A stretch of 63,124 nt of DNA, filler included, from Choristocarpus tenellus KU-1152 (Eukaryota > Protista > Phaeophyceae): assembly GCA_964200185.2 (NCBI GenBank). It is 11 parts of 11 records of this genome, joined end to end, with 100 filler letters (N's around TTAATTAATTAA, not from the genome) between each part and the next. Parts side by side here need not be neighbours in the genome. Positions count along the whole stretch, not along the records: positions 1 to 7,705 come from CAXNAD020005719.1; positions 7,806 to 16,531 come from CAXNAD020004400.1; 9 more parts are not named here. The stretch is one strand, 5' to 3'. Made by a program: the position numbers and the translations under genes. Under the pieces are notes generated by a model. That model saw nothing but the letters and a program-made list of their open reading frames with translations, ran no database searches and was not told the DNA's origin. Below are positions 1 through 12,280 of the stretch, one piece after another (within the stretch, counting starts at the first letter, position 1; each line of letters starts with the position of its first letter).

Positions 1-226
1 CAATGGTTTGGTGTCTTCCACTTCTTGTAAGATGCCGTGCATTCACTTTTGTTCCTGGACTTTGGGTTGGACGTATAAAGCCCTTCTCCCAGCCTGCATT
101 CATTCAAGAAATCAACACAGTTTTCGATCTACTCAAGCCTGTCCTCCCTCACCCTTGCGCCTTGATTAAATATCACCCATCCAGGAAACATGAACAACAC
201 CCATTTCTGGTGCTCAAGAAGGAAAT

Positions 227-490
227 GTGATAATGAAGGCTCTAGCACTGCGAATCCTGTATGTGCGTATGGATGATGGGAAAGACCATCAAATGGCGCT
301 CGAGATGGTACCAGGATATGCAATGATCAGTTCGGAAACTGTGAGTAAATGGGGGAGAGACTTCCTAACTAAGGACCACATCAAGGTGTCGGAGCAAGGG
401 TGCTATGAGAGGCGTTTCATCCTGGGCCTCGATGAGGACATCCTTCCCGACGTCAAAGAGTAGGTGCGCAAACACAAGAGGAAGACAGGG
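227..490 (+). pseudogene. Decayed N-terminal (HTH-region) fragment of a probable IS630-Tc1-mariner-like transposase
   Basis: Peptide ETVSKWGRDFLTKDHIKVSEQGCYERRFILGLDEDILPDVKE*VRKHK resembles the TIRxWxxxF...SxxGxH...L.DED...W(L/V)R N-terminal pattern of eukaryotic DDE transposases. In-frame stop at 461-463; no catalytic core seen. Confidence 0.35.
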
Positions 491-1244
491 TGGGGAGACT
501 TTTTTCCCGCCTAAACCCTATACTTTAATTAAGTAATAGTCCATCTGTTGCCACTCTTGGTGACCTACAATTCAGGGTTCGAACCCCAGTATGAACGCTC
601 TTTCTTCAAAAAAAGAAAAACAAAACGAAGCTCATACTTTGGAGGGCCTTGTGACGGGCATCACGAATATGCTTTTATACTTTTTAATGAGATGTCTACA
701 TCAAAAGTTATGATGGGACAACCCCGGATACTTTGAGTCACTACTGCTGTTGTTTCACCACTCAATACCGCGTCCAACTGTATGAATTTAGTGGGTTCGA
801 ACCCCTTTATCTACAGAGTTCTTTTCATGGCAATCCGGTTTCGATTATAGTATTACTAGCGGCAAGGTCAATAGTTTACAGACCTGTGCTATCCAGTCTG
901 TGGCTATACTACAAAAAACACTGGACGAGACCAAGGTGGAAACTTCGGGATGGATGTATCAGAAGATTCAAGGGAGGAGACAAAACGACAAGCGGTGGGA
1001 AAGCTAAACCCAAGCAAGGCAGAAAGGTAGGCAGAACAATTAGTCGCAGTAGAACTGTACTGGTTAGTGACATGAAAGGTATAATAGTGTGTAGTGCATC
1101 TGGCTACAGGTCAGGATCACCCCTGACTATTGTGATGAAAATAATAATTATAATATTAGCTATAATAAGAACCCAGATCCAGAATATTCCTGCAGTTCCT
1201 TCATCAACACGCTGAAATCATTTCTCAAGCCAAACCAAGGGTCA

Positions 1245-1761
1245 GAGTGAAAGTATCTTAGACCCAAAGTATCTTAGAGGGTAGGGCGGCATCCATTTGG
1301 GGTCAAAATCCAATGTTCTGATTTTGATGTAATTTTCGCGATCTTGTTTGTTAGGAAGTGTCAATATCCTTGTTCCGGACACAACTTTTCATAAAGTACA
1401 TTTTATCTACTCTTAAACATTTTGAAGTAGGAAAATGTAACAAAAAAACTCATGGAAGCCAAGCCGCAAATGGACAAACAGGGCAAAACTCGTACCCCTC
1501 CAAGATAGTTTCACTCTTAGAGAATACGAGGTTTGCCCTGTTTATCCATTTGGGGCTTGGCCGCTCACAGGTTTTTAATGACATTTTAGCTACTCTGAAA
1601 TATTTCTGAGTTGGTAAAATGTATACGTTATGAAAAGGAGTGTCCAGAACAAGGATACTGACATCTCCTAACAAAAATGATAGCTAAAATTATATCAAAT
1701 CGCAACATTGGATTTTGGCCCCCAAATGGACGCGGCCCTACCCTCTAAGATACTTTGGCAC
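1245..1761 (+). mobile_element. MITE family A, outer copy interrupted by a second copy
   Basis: Begins GAGTGAAAGTATCTTA, resumes after the inner copy (TTA duplicated at 1517-1519) and ends TACCCTCTAAGATACTTTGGCAC; flanked by TCA/TCA. Confidence 0.9.
1261..1516 (-). mobile_element. MITE family A, inner copy nested in the left TIR of another copy
   Basis: GACCCAAAGTATCTTAGAGGGTA...CCAAGATAGTTTCACTC in the opposite orientation to the outer copy; TTA duplicated on both sides. Confidence 0.9.
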
Positions 1762-3729
1762 TCAGCTTCTGTTTGTTGGCATCTATCTCAGGTTTTGGTT
1801 GAGGACGGCATAATAAGTTACCTCCCCCTGTATGCAAGGTGGTATGCGTCAATTTCGGTCATATAATATGCATCAACAGTACTCTGGCATACTCTGGTCT
1901 GACAGGAATCCAATGTGCCTGTGGTATCTGATTCCACGCACTCATGGTAGAGATCCAGGCGACCAAGCCCATTAATAGAGAGGGGAACGACGAGATGGTA
2001 CTTATCTGACTGTTTACTACAGCAAAGATCCTCTATCAGAGGTAGACTTCTTGCTATGGAGCTCAACGAACTGCGGAGGAGGGGGGGAGGAGAGCATGGA
2101 AGGAGCTGAAGTTGCTTCGTTTCTTGATTAATGAAGTAGAACCGGCAAATGAAATGTACTATTTGTATATAAATGTATTCTAAACATTTAAACAGATCAT
2201 ATTGACAACATGGGCTCATTCGTCCATACACCCGTTTGCCCACAAAAACAGGCAAATAGACGCACCCATGTCGCACTGACCTTGCTTTGGGTGAACACAA
2301 CATTACCACCAAGCAAGATAGCCGAGAGGCTTCAGGTGGAGGTGTCGTGGGTGGCAGAGGGCAACCGCAACAAAGTCAATTTGGAAGATGACACCCTGGT
2401 GGGAGATGGATGCAGCAACCACCCTTACAATTGATGAAGTCTCCAGCTTCCCCACAGATCCAGTAGTAAACCCACTCGAACAACAGGACTTTCAGTGAGC
2501 TTGAAGACACAGCCTGCACATGCATCAAGGGGTCATGTAACTGGTGGTAGGATACGGCCAGATGTGTGTATGCAGCACGTTGCATGATTACTAACCAGTG
2601 GCAATAACAAGTTTGTCCCATTACTTCTCAACCAGGTCCACCACATCCCACTTAACATGGGATGCGAAAATATTTCCCTGATTCGATCCAGTCGTACCCT
2701 TGACCAATGTGCACCACTTCTTCCATGAGAAGCTCTGGTTCAATATCTAGGACAAGCTGTACCAAATACTCCCACATAGGGTATCCAAGTGTGGTCCTTC
2801 CCACTCATGTCAGAGTCAGTGATTGCGGCCCCTTGAACCCTACAATCTTTATCAAAACAGAGCTTGAGAAAAAACAAAATGTCTTTCATTCTTCCCACTG
2901 TTTTTGGGTGATGACAAGTGGCATGAAAAAAAAGGCTAAGTACCAACGTGATAATATTGAAAGCACCCAAAAATATTGGTAATCCACTTTTTTCAGTATG
3001 GAAAGTAGCAAATTGACAACACCCTAGTAAATATAGCAAGATGCCCCTCTTCAAACTCTTCCTCACCATGTTCAATAAACTTGCTCCCTCACACGCAAAT
3101 CTTGTAGAGTTGCACACAGAGGGGCTGTTTGGAAATGTGTCAAACTACTAATATGGATGCGTATACGTATATGAAATGTGTTTTCACCATCTTATGAGCG
3201 ACATCAAACATTCCAACAGAGGATAAAAGCAACTCCATTCAAACCCATCCACACTCCACAAAGCTGTGAGACAAAGAGGTAGTACGATGTACTCAAACAG
3301 TGTATAATGCCGAAAATACAAAGCAAACACAATGAAATATGTACCGACTTCCAGGCAAACGAATCTTAATGGGTGTACTAAACATCAACTATTGTAGAGA
3401 AGTAGTCTGTGTTGAAAAAATCGCATAACCCTCGGTTACACACAAGAAGCAAGCAACAAAAGCGTGTTGAAGGTCATATTGGTTGACAGTTTACGACTGA
3501 GACTTGCGCCATCTTCCCATTGTTTTCCTGGTGTGACCACTACATCCTATATCCTACCCTACATCCTACACACTAAACCTTAAACCCTCGCTGCGATTTG
3601 ACCTTGTCATTTCAGTTGCATAAGTAGAGGACCTTAGAATCACAAATTGTGGTTTTTCTATCTTCAACCTCATTGGCTTTGGAGAAATCACCAAGGGGTC
3701 AACATCCTGTAAGGTTTTCCAAAACCACT

Positions 3730-3858
3730 TCATGCAGGCTTTGGTCCGATCATATTTTCCGGCCTGACCCATTGGTCGAACTGAGCTTCTGTCATGAGCT
3801 GCAGGGCAAGGGCTGCCTCTTTCAGAGTGGTGGCCTCCTTGTGAGCCTTCTTTGCCAC
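3730..3858 (-). CDS. FH: Class II fumarate hydratase, terminal exon
   Basis: After a CAG acceptor: [42 protein letters not shown], the typical FumC/FH C-terminus. Confidence 0.96.
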   Translation of the reverse strand: MAKKAHKEATTLKEAALALQLMTEAQFDQWVRPENMIGPKPA

Positions 3859-4402
3859 CTGGGCTCACCACAACAACAGAATGTCGTTGTACATTGGGAT
3901 AGTGACACACACAGGCAAATCAACACGTGGAAATACACAAAGTTGCAAAAGCATCAGTTCTCTTGAAGTTCTTTGAATCTAGGGTTATCATGCATGATTG
4001 CAAGGTATGACCATTTTAGTGGGATGAACGACCTTTGTGCGTATACATTATTGGTACCTTAACACACAACCTTATGGATAAGGCCACTTCATACAGCAGT
4101 TTATTACCTCGAAGGCCTAGCATGGAATAATCTCTGTTTCAATGTACCTCAAGAAAATGGGCAGCTCGAATATAAATCTGTTTCGTAAAAAAAAAAGCTC
4201 GGGTAACCTGACCAATTTCTTCCAAGTATATTTATCAAGTAACATGAGTACTACACAATCCTCCTCACAACACAAAACAGACAGCGCAAAACCATCCGGA
4301 TAATTGAATTACATCCCTCCCAAACAAAGTTTAATTTTTACTGTGAGATTTGACTACATAGAGTTTGCAAAAAGCAACTAAACGTAACGGCGTTCTACAT
4401 AC

Positions 4403-4487
4403 CTTTGAAGCATTGTCGTATCCAATCATGGGGTTGAGTGCTGTGACCAACATCAGAGAGTTCGTCATGATGTCGTGGATGCGATCA
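4403..4487 (-). CDS. FH: Class II fumarate hydratase, internal exon
   Basis: AG|T GAT CGC... = DRIHDIMTNSLMLVTALNPMIGYDNASK|GT; contains SLMLVTALNPxIGYD; splice phase matches both neighbours. Confidence 0.96.
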
Positions 4488-5339
4488 CTTGAGCACGAAA
4501 CATTGACCCATAGAGATTGTGTGAACAAGGGTAGCAAAAGAGGAAAGGTCAGCTCAAAACAAGACTTCGGCAGGTTGTTCAAGGGCTACGGGGCTATGAC
4601 AATGACAATAGTGCAACAATTCTCTCATCACTGTTGTGTTATCTTTGCGGAAGAATGCCTTCCAAAATCCAAGTTTAATCAATGAACAACCAAATATGCA
4701 ACAATACACTGAGCACCACTGCAACAGTGCTCTAATTGCACGTATTCATGAACAAATGAACCGCTTTGAAATACATCTATATATAGAATATGAATTAACT
4801 GTGCTAAATACTAGCGTCACTTCAAGAAACAAAAACAGTTGAGAGCGTACTCTGCACCAATGCACCGCCTGCTTATCCTACACTACTACCGTATCATCAC
4901 ATTACGCCTAGGCACCCAGAAATAAACCTCAGTATACAACACTTCTTCGTCCATCATATATGCACCAACAATAACCCACCAAGACAATCAATCGGTATAT
5001 GCTAACTTCGGTACACTCTTGCCATATTACCTAAGAGAAAGGCACATCTACATGTTGATCACCAGTAATGCAGATTAGGAGCAATACACAACTACACTAT
5101 GCATCAATACCGGTTCCTAAATACAATTTCCGAGTAATCTACACTGCTCACCAGAGGCTCACAAATGAGAACATACTGCATATGAAAAGGAAAGCGGTTT
5201 TTTTTTGGTATCGTACTTTTTTTCTACATTACCACAAGCTCAGGGCAATGAACCAAGCCAGAAATCAGTTTACAACAGGCGTTTTGTAGTCAGCTCATTT
5301 CCATCAGCAAAAAATAAAAAAATAAGCAGGTCTTCGCAC

Positions 5340-5428
5340 CGGTTAGCATTGATGCCAGAAACACATCGATCAGTGAAACTGCTGCAGCAGTCCCCGAGAA
5401 GACGCATTGATGATAGCAGGTTTGCTAC
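5340..5428 (-). CDS. FH: Class II fumarate hydratase, internal exon
   Basis: CAG|VANLLSSMRLLGDCCSSFTDRCVSGINAN(R)|GT; phase-2 junction joins in frame to exon 4403-4487. Confidence 0.95.
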
Positions 5429-5536
5429 CTGGTGGAGAGGATAGGGTTGGAAGTCTACGAGGTGACATTGGTGTTATTTAGCCACTACATTGTCAAGCAA
5501 AACGTCGACTTACGGGAACACAATCTACCAGCAGAT

Positions 5537-5737
5537 GGCTCAAAGTATCTGGGGGGAAGGGGGGTGAGGGCGGGGGTGGAGGTGATGGCTGTTAATTTGG
5601 GGTCCGTTTTTCCATGTCGCAATTTTTGTGTGATTTGGTTGCATGCGTCGGATTGATAATGTAAGTACACTTCTCCTGGTCAGGGCCTGAATGGACACCC
5701 TGGTGTAGACCCCACCCACCCCCAGATACTTTGAGCC
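5537..5737 (+). mobile_element. MITE family B, complete 201-bp copy in a fumarase intron
   Basis: TIR GGCTCAAAGTATCTGGGGG...CCCCCAGATACTTTGAGCC; 4-bp TSD AGAT (5533-5536 and 5738-5741). Confidence 0.93.
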
Positions 5738-7297
5738 AGATGCACTTAGTCCCAAGTGACGCCAAGGCTGAAAATACATCATAAAACCGTCTATATTGGT
5801 GCAAATGATGCTTATTGTATCATACTACCTGTACGTATCCCCAACATATTGCTACCATTCGTCAAAGCATGACCCCAGCTATACTGAGAACTACATCGAC
5901 CTTTGTGGAGGTCAGAAGGCAATGGACACGTATGCAGGGTCGCTCTACATTTTTGATGGAAGGTAACAGAACTATACTTCAAAGACTATACGTCCATCTT
6001 GAGGCATCAAACTAAAACCCTGTCCCAGGGTTCACATCAGAGGAATCGACAATTCGGGTTTACGACAAGCGATCCAATTGTTCATCACATGCTCCTATGC
6101 ATTTTCAAAAAGAATTCTAACCCTCAACCCTAACCTTCAAATAAAAAACATTGGGTCATGACCTGAAAGTGCTGCTGGAATCAATACAACTTCTACAAAG
6201 GTACCCAGCCCAACTAATGTACTGAAATGAATACACGTAGTCCAGAGCAGAACCATTGCAATCATTGCAATCACCCATCACTCTCACCTGACCGGACCAA
6301 TATCCTCAAGACCCAAAACAAATCAAAAGTGGGAACCAATCAGTGAACACACCACTTTCCACTACTGTAACTTCTACGATTTCAACATGTCAAGAATGCA
6401 TTACTTGCAAAATACCACCATTCCAAACTCCATGCATCAAAGAAAGGTTGAGCAACTAAAGGACAAAGTTGTCCAAGGGATGTGTATAGACCTCTTTTTA
6501 TTCTCGTTTTTCAAGGGCTGGTAAAACCGTTCATGATTGATTGATACTTCCAATTACATGTATAGTACACTACTGCATGTCATAACTCGTCATCCTTGCT
6601 TAATTGTACCCAATCCACACATTAGTTCAATCTTCTCAAAACTGTGGTCAGAGGTTGTAAAATTTGGTAGAATATATACAAAAATCATGCACTGAGAAAA
6701 AAATCAATCTGCAACGCTGCTGATAGTGTCCATTGTCCAGCAAACGCTTAGCCCTATTTGATCTAGAATGTCCATCATGGAGCAAACACTCCAGTCCATT
6801 TGCTAAATTGTGCCTGTAGTACAAAAATTGTTTGTTATCTGTGTAACATTTAAATGCTTAACTAATGCGTTGCCTTGTCCTGGGTGTGAACACAATCAAA
6901 CCCTCATCATTTTAGTAAATATTTCATATATAGTGTGCATATATGAATAGCAATCCAATCACTAGTTGAGAAAACTCTCTGGGCTGTGCATGTGGAATCG
7001 CACTCTACCCTGTTCTTTCTGACTACAACAGTTGCAACTACCCACCACTTCACTTCCATCAACAAAGTCAACCATCTTTGGATTGGTGGTGCGAATCCTG
7101 TTGCCTTTCATGTTGAATCCACCTCTCAATGCTACTACTACTACCCCTACAGCAGTGCATCAAGCCTGGCACAAATAATTGCTGGTCCTACATATTACAA
7201 TGCCACATCTGGCTGGGAGCATTCCCCCTCGAGACTAGATCTACTCATTGAGAATCCAGGAATGCATGGGACAGATTCAGGGCAAGATGGCTCTCAC

Positions 7298-7375
7298 CAT
7301 GACCGGTTTGAAGACATTGAGCTCGAAGAGGCCATTGGAGCCAGACACAGTGATGGTCACATGATTTCCCATGAC
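7298..7375 (-). CDS. FH: Class II fumarate hydratase, internal exon (upstream exons lie beyond the contig)
   Basis: CAG|[26 protein letters not shown]|GTGAG; contains the FELNVFKP motif. Confidence 0.96.
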
Positions 7376-7523
7376 CTGGAAGGCCCGAGGTCAAAGGGAT
7401 TGCCCCGTACCATTACAGACAGAAAAAAAAAAAGGCACAAGTGTGCAAGACCGGAAAATGCATCACAGAGGAGCTTAGGCACTGCAACAAGAATGACTTA
7501 GTTCTGTACGCAGCCCTGTAGCA

Positions 7524-7705
7524 GGCTCAAAGTATCTGGGAGGGGGTGGGGTGGCGGCTGTCCATTTGGGGTCAAAAAAAAATTGTCGCGATTTTTGTGT
7601 GATTTGGTTCCATACGTCGGATGGATAATGTAGGCGCACTTTTCCTGATTTTGGTCCAAATGGACACCCTAGTGTAGAACCCCCCCCCCCCCCCCCACCC
7701 CCCCC
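7524..7705 (+). mobile_element. MITE family B copy, truncated by the contig end in its C-tract
   Basis: GGCTCAAAGTATCTGGGAGGGG start; body aligns with 5537-5737. Confidence 0.9.
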
Positions 7706-7805
7706 NNNNNNNNNNNNNNNNNNNNNNNNNNNNNNNNNNNNNNNNNNNNTTAATTAATTAANNNNNNNNNNNNNNNNNNNNNNNNNNNNNNNNNNNNNNN
7801 NNNNN
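7706..7805. other. Artificial contig-join spacer (N44-TTAATTAATTAA-N44)
   Basis: 100-nt linker with stops in all six frames. Identical copies at 16532-16631, 19525-19624, 24275-24374, 30199-30298, 33510-33609, 37087-37186, 41946-42045, 51003-51102 and 58696-58795. Confidence 0.99.
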
Positions 7806-9869
7806 TAGGTTGACTCACCAACAAAACAACAAACTTCACCCGTTTGAATGAATGAATACCATGACTCAAAACCTTTCTCGGAAATTTCTTAGCCAAGGCA
7901 AAAAACCCCCCAGCAGTTAACCCCCCCTCCCCCCCCACCCCCCGTATATTTATTGCTTGAGAAAGGTTCATCACCAAACTCCGCCACGCATGTGGGAAGA
8001 TATGCCCACCGGCAGACAAAGTCTCCGGGACCAAAAGCCTCCACAGGCATCAGGCAGTCTTCATACCCCTTTCTATATTTTTGGTTGGGGGGGGGGGGGC
8101 AACATCTGACTTCACTGAAAATATATATATATATATATGTATATTTTATTTTTTCCCTCTTTAGGTTTTTTTCTTTCGCAATAAGAATAAAATAATATTT
8201 TAATATATCAAAAAGCAGAGGGATCAATGACTATAACCATCGTGATACGATACGAGAATTAACTATTTGGTTGACAGATTTAGCAGACCATGTGGCGACG
8301 TGATGATGGTGATGGATAGAGCCACATGCCTCTGGAAGGGAACTTGCAAAGGAAGGATCTTTAGGTCTCCAGTACATTTAGGACAAGCTCTTCAATCATA
8401 CACCAGCAGTACCTACTTACTACTCTCTCCAGGAACAAACAGGAGAAAGCAAGCAGTAGGAGATGAACATGGCACCACAAAGAAACTATTCTTTTTTTTT
8501 CGAAACAAGAAAACAGAACTATTACCATTCTACTCAAAATAATAATAATAATAGAGACTGTGTAACTGCAGGTCCCAGACTAGAACAAAAAAGAGTGCAA
8601 GCTAGCATCAAAAGGCACAAACGTTCTGAGCACTACACAACACCATCTCAACTCCAACACAGACCCTAACCCCAACCCTAAACCTCCCCCTAACCCTAAA
8701 CTTTCTAACAATCATACAAGGAATGGTAAGGCAAGGCAATCATCTCAACCCCCCTCAGGTCCAAGCCACCTCTCACTATTCATACAAGAGCAACATTTAT
8801 CAGCTTTCTCACAACACAGCATCCATTGGTCAGGCGTCACTACGAGCTCAAAAGTAACCCTCCTCACAAAAACTTCTCTCAAGTGATGTCAATATTAATA
8901 TCTAAGGCGACTACTTCCACACACAGGACTGTTTAAGTTAAGGTTGCAAATACTCTACCATGACCTTCTTCTGGTGCATGATTAGTGTAGTCAGAACCTT
9001 TCTTCCTTCCTGCTCAGTCTAATTTTTTTGTGGTAGATTATATATGATGTACGTAGTAGTATGTGTACATAGTTTGACATTGCAGTCAGTCTTGGGATGA
9101 GAAGTGTTGATGATGGTAACAACTATGATTTTTGTTCCTTGGAGCCCTAAGGAATTGGTCTGGACTTTATGCAATGGTGTATGCATAGTTATAATCGTCA
9201 AACCAAGAGTCGTCTGGACATGAAATGACTTTGAAATAGACTAAAGCAAAAAGTCTACACCAGGAGTTAAAGGTATGTCGGATAACTTCATACACTACGG
9301 GGTATATCTCTTGTTGAGTTGTGACAAAAGTACAAGTTGAAGTGTTCATTGTCTGGAAAATAGATGTCTCAGAGAGAGGAAGTGGTCACCAAAAGTGGTT
9401 CTCACAAAGACGTTTAGTGGGCTCGAGTGTTATCTAGACATTACAGAGCAAGCGGCCTTGACCTCATTGTCCCGAGCAAAAAACGTTTTGATATTTTGTA
9501 GGCATGGCTTTTACTATCGTCCTGGACAGGGGACGGGCAACGTAGAGAAAAGATTATCTCAGTGGCTACGATAGAGTGGCTAGGGTTGTCCTTCGAAGTT
9601 GGCAGAACATCCATGCCCAAACATGCGCTTAAAAAACTATTTTCTGGATGGCTTTCACTACAAGTGGCCCGCCTAAATCTGGAGCTGCATGTAACAGTTT
9701 TGAGGTTTGTTTCATGGTTATTTCATGGTTATTTCATGGTTATTTCATGAATGTATGTATTTTCTCACAAGTGATGTCAGTCCCCGTGAGTGCCTCTTAT
9801 ATAGAAGATGGTTCTTGATGGTCTGGAGTAGATATTATTTTCTTCCCAGACTTACAAGTTTTGTTCAGG

Positions 9870-11070
9870 CAGCCCTTTGCTGACAACCTTCCTCGCCAGG
9901 GTGCCTCTGATATATTGCATGCCTCATTCCATATACCATCGTTGTCCATTTCGCTTCTGATGAAGATGTGATTACAGCTCCATGCATCTTGGATTTCCAT
10001 GCAATTGTACCTCACTCAATAGGATTAGGTATCCATCATACTTTGTCTTGAAACAGTGTCATTGCCCCAGTCTAAGTCTTCATACCCGACCAGGCTCCCA
10101 TTTTCCATTTCACCACCAGCAGGATAGTGTATCCCTACTTTCATGGTGCCCTCTAGGTATCGTAGATCATGTTGCAGCCCTTTGCTGACAACCTTCCACT
10201 GTTTTTTCTTTTCTGGCTCCAACCCTTGTCCAGGTAATTCTTCTGCCTGTTTAGACGGCGTCGCTCTCCTCTGGCGACAAAACGATCTGAAGGTTTCCTT
10301 TACCTCCACAGTTGTATATTACTTTGAAAGAACAAGGACCAATATGCTTGATCAGTCCACAATTTAAACATCTTCTGTTGGTCCTGATCTCGTCTCTGGT
10401 AGGGGATCCTGTTGTAATATGGTCCGTATGTTGACCAGAGTTGCATCTTGGCCGCCTCCTCCGCTGACCTACTGTGTTCTCTTCCATGAGTTTATGGTCC
10501 CAGCGGCTAGAGAGCTCCCAGGCTCCCCACGGTTCGCTCCTCCTTTCCCTTCTGGTGGAGGCTTAGTTACTGCTCCTGCTAATGTCCTGCTCCCCTAGTG
10601 GCAGGTACTACAACCGCTTTTCTCATTCCGTAAGCAAGAATCTTGTCACAGGGTCCCAGTGCTCAATATTCGGCGTGGCATCCAGGTACCCAAATTATTC
10701 CCCTTGACCTCCAGTTCTTGCTTGTTATCGATCGGACCATATCCCATGTCTCCTTAGCCTCCAGCTTCCCATTTTTGTCGAGGGTGCAGGTCCACTTTGT
10801 TGGTATCACGATGATGAGACTATTGCCCGTTTCAGCTTCCTGTAGCTTATATCGGGTCTTGTGATGAGCTGCACGGGGGTCTCGTCCTTTGTGTGTCCTC
10901 CGTTGAGCTGCAGGGGCTCTCGTCCTCCGTGCGTCCTTTGTTGACTCTTTCTATTTCCAACCATGCCCCTCTGCCGTCTGGTTGACCCCCATTTTCGTAT
11001 TTCGCCATAATTGTCGATGCAGACCCCTTCATAGTTTGTAGAAGGAGGAACATAACGCCTTGTTATTCTT
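9870..11070 (-). mobile_element. Internally deleted, rearranged Ty1/Copia relic (gag plus RT/RNase H junction)
   Basis: Gag-like IMAKYENGGQPDGRGAWLEIER; knuckle-like RCLNCGLIKHIGPC; Copia RT/RH junction LRYLEGTMKVGIHY...LVGYEDLDWGNDTVSRQSM (cf. LxGYxDADWxxDxxxRxS). Many stops. Confidence 0.7.
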
Positions 11071-11073
11071 CGT

Positions 11074-11327
11074 GAGCGAAAGTATCTTAGAGGGTACAAA
11101 TTTTGCCTCATTTATCCATTTGGGGCTTGGCTTCCCATGTTTTTTTTTGTGACATTTTCCTACTCCAAAATGTTTCGGTAATTAAAATGCATACATTATG
11201 AAAAGGTGTGTCAGGAACAACGATATTGAAACTTGACAAAAATGATAGCCAAAATTACATCAAAATCGCAACATTGGATTTTGGCCCCCAATTGGACGCG
11301 GCTCTACCCTCTAAGATACTTTGACTC
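11074..11327 (+). mobile_element. MITE family A, complete copy
   Basis: GAGCGAAAGTATCTTAGAGGGTA...TACCCTCTAAGATACTTTGACTC; 4-bp TSD TCGT. Confidence 0.93.
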
Positions 11328-12280
11328 TCGTGTGTGTGGCATGTGCCGTCCGCACTGCCTCTCGAGATGGTGGTGGGTGCTTAAGGGATCTCGTAGTCCC
11401 TCGTCGTAATCTCGTACAAACCCTTTCCACCAGCGTAGGTGATTATTGACATTCGCCAAGTCGACCAGGTCTCCTACGACCTTCCTGTGGCCCCCGTCCA
11501 GACAGCAAGTTTCTTCAGGTCAGTCTCCATGCTACTAAGGCTCATAACCTATGTCATAACCTGTGCAATTTACCTTGGGAGGTAATGCTATTTATCAGCA
11601 GTGAAGACAAGAAGGTGCGAAGCCTCACACGGTTCCCCATTGCTGAACGTGACTACATGGTTGAAATTAGAAGAATGACCTTGTGGGGTGTCTTCTCATT
11701 GCTTGTATTATTATTGTTTATGCTTCCTACATCAGTCAACGGTTATGTCAAAGTAGTTGAATGCAGAATAATAACCAATACATATTCCCATTCCTAATCC
11801 TGATGTACTTTCTCATTAGTTACATCACATGGACTCATTCAAAATGGTAATCTCTCATATACAAAATGAGGTACCTCACTATCGTCCTATTTTGCACAAC
11901 AACAACACAACCCTCTCCACTACCCTTCCACTCGATACCAAGTCAAGCACCAGCAGCATCGATTTGCTCTCCCCTTCACTCAGACCTGTCATTGGACACG
12001 ACACGGCTGCTGAGATTGCTAGTGCTAGAGTTGTTGTCCTGGGTGGGGAGAGGGCAGCTCCCAACAATCCTGTACTGCTGAACAGGGGGGGACCTCATGT
12101 AGACACAATCCTGTGGAGACTTGGGCTTCTGCTTGTGATTGTTGCCCTCAACACAGGGGTAATATTTGCTGTGGAAGCGGGAGGGGTCCACTTGATTGAG
12201 AGTCTACCAAAGGTGTGTCTCATCCAGATGATTTTGCACCCGAGGCACTAACGCATCTTCCCTACACCGTCGTGCTAGTA

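Noticed and set aside
620-670. YFGGPCDGH as a second Sola transposase fragment
   Set aside because: Isolated few-residue match without the flanking motifs.
1358-1674. Short ORFs recurring across the window (also 12215-12576, 17182-17364, 37595-37826, 41811-41993, 61732-61986) as a small-protein family
   Set aside because: They are chance frames through non-coding MITE copies, with inconsistent starts, stops and indels.
1818-3117. ORFs and possible exons downstream of fumarase
   Set aside because: No recognisable domain and no consistent exon chain; one frame has a plausible acceptor and donor but no other support.
6986-7501. 171-aa plus-strand ORF as a gene
   Set aside because: Overlaps a fumarase exon and introns on the opposite strand; no recognisable motif.
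7750-7761. Recurrent TTAATTAATTAA palindrome as a biological motif or piggyBac site
   Set aside because: Always centred in a 100-nt N spacer; it is an artificial six-frame-stop linker. ORFs ending in XXXLIN are artefacts.
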